Virus record (IMG/VR): IMGVR_UViG_3300030098_004409
Span: 46,289-110,288 of that record
Reading direction: 5' to 3' (one strand)
Source: a virus
Length of the DNA stretch: 64,000 nt
Positions 40,117-49,100 of the stretch are shown one piece after another; the stretch's first letter is position 1, and each line of letters begins with the position of its first letter. The translations under genes were made by a program, and so were the position numbers. The notes under the pieces are model-generated. The model saw nothing but the letters and a program-made list of their open reading frames with translations. It searched no databases and was not told the DNA's origin.

Positions 40117-43100
40117 CTATGTTCTTCTATCTTGTCTGTCTCGGAAGTTCTGGAACATTTGTTTTAGTTTTCCTGTAGACTGCTGTGCTACCTGATCTGC
40201 TATTGTATTCACAATACTGTTAATAGCTTCTTGCGAGAAGCCGGGTATAGACAACTGTCCGTTAACTGTAATATTGTGATTAATTGATATATTGCTCATC
40301 TGTGCTATTGTAGAACTGAGCAGCTCAGAAAGCGCACTAAATCCATTAAAAGCAGCAGTAAATCCATCAAAAGCTGTTGCGATGCTAGAGCTAAGTGTAT
40401 TAATTGAATTGCTTAAGGCGCTGAAGTCAAGACCGCCCGAACCAGATGCTAGGTCTCCATTTGTTAAGTATTGTACTCCCCCGCCATGCTTCATTCCGGG
40501 AGCGCCTTTATGACCTTTATTGATAGATCTCATAAACCCTACACCGTATTTGTCTACAGCAGATTTGCTCATCACAAACTCGCCCGGAGTCAACATAGCT
40601 GGCACTGTATCAGTCCCCTTAGCCATACCACCCTTGGCGAAGTAACTAGCACCGAATGAACCAAAATCATTAGGCAAAGCTCCAGTAGCGTAGGTGTCTT
40701 GTATCATTTTTAGCACTTCATTCGGGTATCCAGTCTTCCATCCTGCAGCGACTCTTTCTCTTACAAATGCTCCCATTTGCTCAACAGGATTCCATGCTCC
40801 AGATTTAATCCTATCAACCAAAAAGGCTGCTGCCTGCTGCGCTAACCCACCACTAAAAGTGAAAGAGCCTAACTCGCCAAGTGCCATACCAGCGCGCCTA
40901 ACTGCACCATCAAATCCCGGAAGCTTTCTCTGTTGAGCATACCTACTCCATAGCGCTGCAAACATAGGACCTGTAGCATTAGCTAAAGACATCGTGTCGG
41001 AGCCTGCAACAGGAATCGCGCCGGGAGCTCCGATCGCGCCACCGGGATTTGCTACAACATCTGTAAACAAGAATGGTCCCGACATGCCAAATCTTGGAAG
41101 CCCAGCAAAATACCCACCAAAGTCAAGGTTTTTTACATCTGAATCCCTAGTCAGCGAAAAGGCGTAAAAGTATCCATCTGACCGACTTGCGTCTTTAGCG
41201 TATAAACCATTTTCGTTATTTCCAACGCCGGTATATTTATACGTGCCATGATTAGGATCAAATCCACTTGCAAAAGGAAGTCGATTCCAAACACCTCTTC
41301 CATGTTCGTTAATATTCATCATATATGATTTAACTATATCAGCACCAAAAAGTGGTGTGTTGCCTTTGGAAAATTGGCCTATCCATTTGGCTGCGATTGC
41401 GGGGTCTTCTTTTTCCATGTCGTTTGTAGTCCAGAACATTGGATCTATTACTGGACCTCCCTCAGCAAACATCTGGGGAACTGCTCCGCTATTTATTGCG
41501 CTCATGAATGATTTACCGTATTTGCCTACGGCAGATTTTTTCATAACAAATTCGCCGGGAGTTAGCATCGCTGGAACAGTATCTTTATTACCAGCGCCCG
41601 GAACAGAACCACCAGTAGCAAACTTAAATCCTCCACCTAGAACTCCGTTAGCATTTAGGCTATTCATCAAAGCGTCCATTCTTATATCGAAGCGTTGAGC
41701 TAATCCAAATGTCACTCCCTGATGCTGAACCCAAGCGTTGTTAATCCACCCTATAATCTGATTCAATACACCTTGTGCTGCAACTAGAGCGATGGACAAA
41801 GCTTGCATGTCACCTACTAACTGATTTCCTATTGGGGTCATTACCTCAAGATCTGCTTCTAGTGAAGCTGCTTCACCGCTGGTAAGCATGCTAGAGGCCA
41901 TATTACCTATGTCGTCATTGTTATCTTGAATAACAACAGAATTAGCTTGTGCTTGCTGAAGTATCGCTTTGACTGTTGATTGGTCCGCCAACAGTTCGTT
42001 GTTGGCTGTATTTGCCTGAATATTCGATGTATTATCTGTAATATGTGTCAGAGATTTTTCTACGCCCTTTATATCCGCTGAATTTAATTTTACTGTATTA
42101 AGAATTTTATCTAATCTCATATCACGAGCAGGGCCGAACTGAGATACTGCACGACCTCCAGTAGAGAAGTAAGGCCCTGTGTTGCCGAGCCCTCCACCGT
42201 TAATACTAGCCATGAAGCCTAAGCCATATTTGTCTACGGCAGATTTCTGCATAACGAACTCGCCCGGTGTGAGCATTGCTGGAACCGTGTCTGTACCCTT
42301 GGGGCTCCAGTCAACACCGCCAATTGGACCACCCTTTGCTTTCATTTGAGGCTTGGGAGCTACACCAAAGCCCATGTCAGGAAGCGCGAATGGTTGATTT
42401 GCTCCGGCGGCATTTTGAGGCGGCAACCCTACTTTTAGCCATTGTGGTATCTGCCCGAGTTCCTTACTAAACCAATCACTCCAAGGTCGTGATGGGTTCG
42501 CTATGTCTGCATCTATGATGGCGTCGCGAGCACTGTTTTGCATTCTGGTTAGATGATCATCAATTGGTTTAAAACCAAAGAATAACCCTAACATGAATTC
42601 ATCAAACCTTTCGCCAATATTCTCCCAAGTTGGATAGTGGTCAGTTGTCCATTCCTTCATTTGAGCTAATGCTTTTGCGTTCATCGTCAACAGGCCGGCT
42701 GCTCCTCCTGCAGGTATACCTGCGCCGGGCTTCAAAAGTTTACCCTTAAGACTCATTTGGCTAAATGACAAACTCCCATCAGCATTTGCTGCTGTTACAT
42801 GACCTGACGCCCCCATTCCCAAAACAGTCTGCCCCAAAGCAGCAAAATATGGGAATAGACCATCAAAATGTTCCGCGTTTCTTTTTACGTCTGAAAGCCA
42901 CCTTACGGTTCGGTTGTCTTCAATTCTAGGGTCGAATACACCCTCTTTTCCAAATAACTGATGATCTTGAGGTATTCGTGCTATGCCAATTAGAGGTGGC
43001 TCAGGAGATTCGCCCAGAACACGGAAAAGTGTTGATGCTTTCTGTTCTGGAGTACCGTATCCAATTTTAAAGTTTCTTCTTAAGGCCGCTACTACACCTG

Positions 43101-46100
43101 CTTCTTGGGCTGCATCTCCAGCTGCTTCGTCCGCTGCAGCTTGTTCCGCTTCATTTTTGATGGCCCCTAGATTGTCCCCGCCTAATTTAAACTTAGCATT
43201 TCCCCTCCCGAAAACGTTAATTTCAATAGCATCAAGCAAATTCGCCACGGCCTCAGCATCTCCTCCTCTTAATGCATTAGCAAGTGCTACAAACTGACCT
43301 TTAGTATCGTTTACGATTTTCTGCCCGGATGCGTTCTTAGCAATTAGATCTCTTGAGAAGTCTTTTCCCAAAACAGAACTGCCTTTCCAAGGTATATATC
43401 CCAATGCGCCAAAGAAGGACTCATTAATTTTTTCGACCAGATCACCTACTGGTCCAACTCTCCACTCACTTTTGAGGCTGGAATACGGGTACTTCAGGGT
43501 CTTATCTATTGCGTCTCTTGAAGTGACACCCGGACCGACTGACCATTTAGACCATGAAGAGTTAGTAATAAGATCTGCCATCTTTTCAACCGTTCCATCC
43601 AGCTTCAGTGGGAAGAACTTAGGGTCTTTAAAAAATTCTGTTATGTTATCAGCGAATGCTTTATTATCATACATGTTGGATTTGACATATTTTCCCCAGT
43701 TGCCGTAACTGCGATCCATTAGCCCAGACGCTGCCTTTTTAAAGTTTTTAGTCATTTCTTTGACATTTACCAAACCTTTTGCTGATGAGAGCATTGGACC
43801 ATACCAAAGCGCATCAGCCTCTTTCCACATTGTATCAATCTCATCAACAAAATTAAAGGATTGCTGGGTTGGACTTTTATAAAAACCATAAGCGTTGTTC
43901 ATATCCGGATACAACATATTATATGCAGATTGTGGCGTATAGAAAGGTTGACCATTTATTATAGTTCCGGGAGGCCATATGGCACCAGTTGTAGTCATCT
44001 TTTCCAGATTCATTATACCTGTTTTCATAGCCGGTATGTTAGCAAAGAATTCAGATTTATTTGGTATTTCCCCGAGATTGAACTCATCAATGTCAGCCTG
44101 TCTCTTGACTATAGCACGAAGTGCATTAGCAAACTTTGTGTCAAACAAAGCCACATCAGTACCGGGATCTTGATTAGCAAAAATCCATGCCAGATCTGTT
44201 GTAAGCCCTTCCCCTTGAGCGTAATCATAGATAAGAGCACCTTTCTCTGGAGCACCAATTGCCGATTTGCCTTTATAGCTAGAATCGTAAAAGAATCTGA
44301 TATAGTTAACCAGATCCGTTAAGTGCTTTGGATCTTTAACGGATGAGACGCCGGGAAATGTTGTCATCCACTTAACAGAATTGACAGCTCCTGCATACCC
44401 ATTTTTATTGTTTGGCGGATTCTTTAAAAGATCATGCACATTATAATAATCGTAAACCGCCTGCAGATGATACTTCCACTTGTCAACATCCCATCCTTTT
44501 CTCTGAAGAGCACCATCCTTAGATATAGAAAACGGACTTTTGACGATGCTACCGGGTCTATAGTTATTCCATGCCGGAAATTTTTCACCTAACTGACTTC
44601 CCGTATCATATTTTATATATCCAGCCATTCCGCCTCCGCCCATCTCTCCGGGAAGCCAATCGCCAGCATCTTCAACTTTAATGCTTGATCCTGCGTTTAA
44701 AAGACTTTTGTGATTTTCCTTTAAAGCTTCCTTAAGAGCTATACCGTCATCGCTAAAAGACTTAGATAGCTTATCGACGGCTCCGCTATTGTTGGGAGAT
44801 GTCACAACTCCACCTTTAGCCAAGTATGTAGTTTTTCCACTATTTATAGATTTTAGCAACCCCATATTTTGAGATGTTGCTTTTTTATTAACAACAAACT
44901 CTCCCGGCGTCAACATAGCAGGAACAGTGTCTGTGCCTTTAGCTTTAAATGCTGTGTTACTTATGCTCTGACCTTCTGCGGCATAAATAATACCCCCTTG
45001 AGCTCTTCTTTGTGGAGGTCTTCCCCCTCCTGCAGCATCGCCGCCAGCATCTCCCGCTGCTATCTGAGCGTCTTCTAGTGTGGCAACCAAATCACCAATT
45101 GCGGCTATAAGATCCTGCATCTGCTGGAATTCTGCCTGTTGAAGCGCTGTAGCAGCAGCTTGTTCTTCCGCATTAATTGCTCTTAAATCGTTTATAAGCT
45201 TGTCTTCTTTTGTAGTAGACTCAAAAATCTTTTTCAATTCTTGTGGATTTAATCCGAAACCACGAGCTCTAATAGCCAATGCGTTTGCCATCTGAGCTTG
45301 TAATCTTTTGGATATATCTCCGCCAGTCATTCCCGGACGGAGTTCTATATCTTTAAGTCTATCAAGCAGTCCACCAACAGCACCTCTCATTTGATCTGGA
45401 ATCGCATTGAGATTACCGGTAGCTAAAACTCTTTGCAATGCAACAAAAGTTTTATCCATTTCTAATCTTGATTCATTACTGGCAAAAGTGAACTCTTTGA
45501 TGAGACCTTGAATCGTCTCTCTATTACCTCGCTCTTTTTCGATCTCTCCCATTACGGCGGCAGCTAACTCAGCTTGATTCGCTAAATCAGCCAACCCTTC
45601 CTTGAGAAGCTTCGTCTCGTTGTTCAATTTTTTCTGCTCGTTTTGAAGTTTAATTACTTCTTCGGCCTGACCTCTGTCCGCTTTAATTTTTATTTGGGCG
45701 GCTACTTCTTGTTGGCGCTGTCTCTTTCTTTCTAGCTGTATATTTATTGCCTCAACTCCGCCTCCAACTAGACCTGCTCCTGCCAAAGGTGCATTTCTTC
45801 TCTGCTCTGCTGCTGCACCAACTTCCCCAACTGTTAGTTGTCTACCTTGGGCCTTGGCTAGCCTTTCCGCTCCTTTGATTTGCACATCAACCATTTTGGT
45901 GAAAGCTTTAGCGACCGAATTCTCAGCCTTGATCACAGCGTCACCAAACTTGAAGAGCGCGCCAAGATATGCATTTTGAGCTTTAGCCAAGTCCTGAAGA
46001 ACCTTAATTTGTTCTTCATTAGCTTCATTCAGTATCGAAGTTATTTCTTGTATTTCATCTGGAGTCAAGCCATCTTCAAACATGGCTAGTATTTCGTTTC

Positions 46101-49100
46101 TTATGTCTGCATCAAGACCACTCAGATCTATACCTTGATCCCTGAAAAATTCATCAACTTTAAGTTCAGATGCAGTCTCGCTTAGACTACCACCAAATTC
46201 CCTTAAGCCTTCTTCTGTTAGAACTTTTCTAATCCTTTCAGTCTCTTTCATTTGTTCGAGCAGTTTTTGAGTCTCTCCTTCTATACCAAATTGCTCAGCC
46301 GTCTGCATGGCTGCCTGCTCTGCCTCTGGAGTGATAGTTCCACTGGTTAGTGTCCCTATCAGTTTATCATTTTGGGTTCTGTATTGTTTTACGCTTCCTG
46401 TGAGAGCGCCAAATTCCATCATTACACTATCCATAGTGCCGCTGAAGTTTAGTAGCTCTACAGCAAATACGTCTATCGCTGCGGCAGCCTGAGCAGAAGC
46501 TCTAGCCATAGCTATGTCTGCTCGTAGCTTTTGTTCAGCAGTTTCCCTAGCTTTTTGCTCGGCTTCAAGTCTTTCTTTGTCGGCTTTCTTTTGGGCCTCC
46601 ATTGCCTTTTCTGCGTTTGAATTTGCCTCCTGCTGTATTAAAGTCGATTCTAGAGTAGCTATCTGCCTTCTCTGCTCGACAGTCATATTCTCTTCTAATA
46701 CGCCTACAAGCCCTAACCTTGCTTTGGCCTCTTGTTTCATTTGACCAGTCATTAACATCTGTACGCTAAATGCTTGCCTAATAGCGTTTCCAAGGTTCTG
46801 ATAACCTTTCTGTACATCCTTATTGGCCAAGACCTCTTCAATACTCTTGCCGCTTTTGGATAGCTCGTCAATAGTGCCTCTAATACCACTCCTGAGTTTC
46901 TCGGCCTGCTCAAATAAAGTCTGTGCCATCTCTTTCATGGCGTCAACACCTTTTTCTCTTATTTCAGTGAAAATTTCTGAAGCATCCATATCTGCTCGCA
47001 CATCCGAGGTAGCCCCTGATTCAAGCATCATGAACGCTTGCATGGCGCCGGCTGCTCCGGTAGCTTTAGTTGAAAATTCTTCAAATGCAGTGTTCTGTCT
47101 TTTTAGCAGCTCTATACCGTCTAACTGTTCAAGCTCCATCATCTTCTGAGCATTTGATAGGTTCCCCACGGCTGCAGCTGATTCATACAAAGCGGTCGCA
47201 AGGAGCGTCCCTCCATTGAGTATTCCTTCTTCGGCAGTAGCAAAAGACTCTCCAATCTTATAGCCCGCCGCCGCTACTGCAACCGCTGCTACAGTTCCCG
47301 CCGCCGCCAGACCTACAAGCGCAGGTATAGCTAAACTCAAACCTCCAGTAAACGGAACAAGTACTACGGCAAGAGCTGTAACGGCTGCACCGATGGCGGC
47401 GCCCCACAGTCCTCCGGACGCAGCTGCTTCAGCTTGTAAAGCGCTTCTTACCCTCTGTTGACTTTGCGCTAAATTCTCGGCTGCCGCACCTCCTTCTTTG
47501 AGAGAGCTAATCGTATCGTGAAATCCTTTGGCCATATCTTCTGCCGCAGCTTTGGCATTCATAAACATAAGAACAGCGACAGTTATTCCTATGGTAAGTA
47601 TAGCCGCAGCACCCCCAACCCTAAGCATTGCAGCAGTAGCTAGATTGGAAGCTTGAGTCTCATAGTGTTTAGCTGCAGTATTAAGGCCGGATGCCTTCAT
47701 TTCCTGAGCCTTAGCAAGTGCGTTTTGATAAGTTGTATTCTTTTCTAAAAGTTTAGCGACAACGCTTTCAGTCGCTGACGCGGCAACCATACCAAACATC
47801 GTGACAAGCATAGTACCTGTCATAATCATTTCATTTAATTGGTCATCGAACAAACCTAATTGCTGCGTCACCATCGGAAGCATCATTCCCAACATCATCA
47901 TGTTGTTCATAGCCGCCATGCCTCCTCCGCCACCTCCTCCGGCGGCGACTGCTACTCCACCACCACCTCTTGGTGCTCCTGTTGTTGAGGCTGCTGCTCC
48001 GGCTTTGTTTATATTGGCAATAGCTGCAGTTATAGCAGCTTCCAATTTTTCAAAGAATTGATCTGTATCGGCAGAAGCCATGCTAACCTGAGTGACAGAT
48101 ATCGCGCCACTATTTAGACCTTTAGTCATATCCAAGATGGCGTCATTAAGGCCACTGAGTAGATAATAAGTTCCACCTAGTCGATTAGCAATATTTAGCA
48201 TTTGTTTTGATACGGTAGCTACGGGCGCAGCGAGCTTAGCAAACATATTACCCGCTCCGCCAATACCTGTAATAGCATTTGTCATGCCCTTAACAACATT
48301 TGTGGCTCCCGCCATTAGAGCGTTGGCGACGTTGATACTTACTTCAGCAAGAAGTTGACCAGACGCGTTTAGAGCATTACCCATAAGTATTGCTCCTGAA
48401 CTCATTGGGTTCAGATCATCTAATCGAGCAATGACCGAGCCACCAAACGTATTAAGGTCAGTTGCTACGGCCTCAATGGGGGTTACTAGCGTGTCAAAAA
48501 GCGCAACTTTTTCTATCAGTTCTTTTCCAAAAGTATTTAGATGCTTTTCTACCTCTTTCATTGCTCTCTCTACGGCTTTACCGGGACCTGAGAATTGCGC
48601 TTTGAGAGTCTTATCTATAGTTGTAAGGCCTTTAGCAAAATCGGCCATAGAGGTTTTGACTACTGATACAGTAGAATCAATCTGTGCTTTGAAAGTGTCA
48701 TCTATTGTTGACATCCCGGCAGCAAAGTTTTGCACACCTTCAGAAACTACTGTCCCCGCATTAGCTATAGAACCAGCTAGAGGTTGTATAGCTCCGATTA
48801 GTTTCTCGTCTATTGATTGCAGAACATTGATATCGTCAACGGCAGTAGATATAGTATTAGCAAGAGCATTAGCTGCGCCGTTTATCTTTTCGTCTATTCC
48901 TTGAAGGGCTGCGAAGTCATCGACAACTTGAGTTAGAGACTGGCCAATCGTATCTAATTTATATGATAGGGTTGTGGCGGATTTGGCTAGTGCCTCCATA
49001 GAGGTATTAACACCTGTGCCAATATTCATTCCCCCGCCAGCAGGAACTCCAGTGCCACTAGTTCCATTGGCGAAGAACTGGACTGGGCCACCTTTATTAA

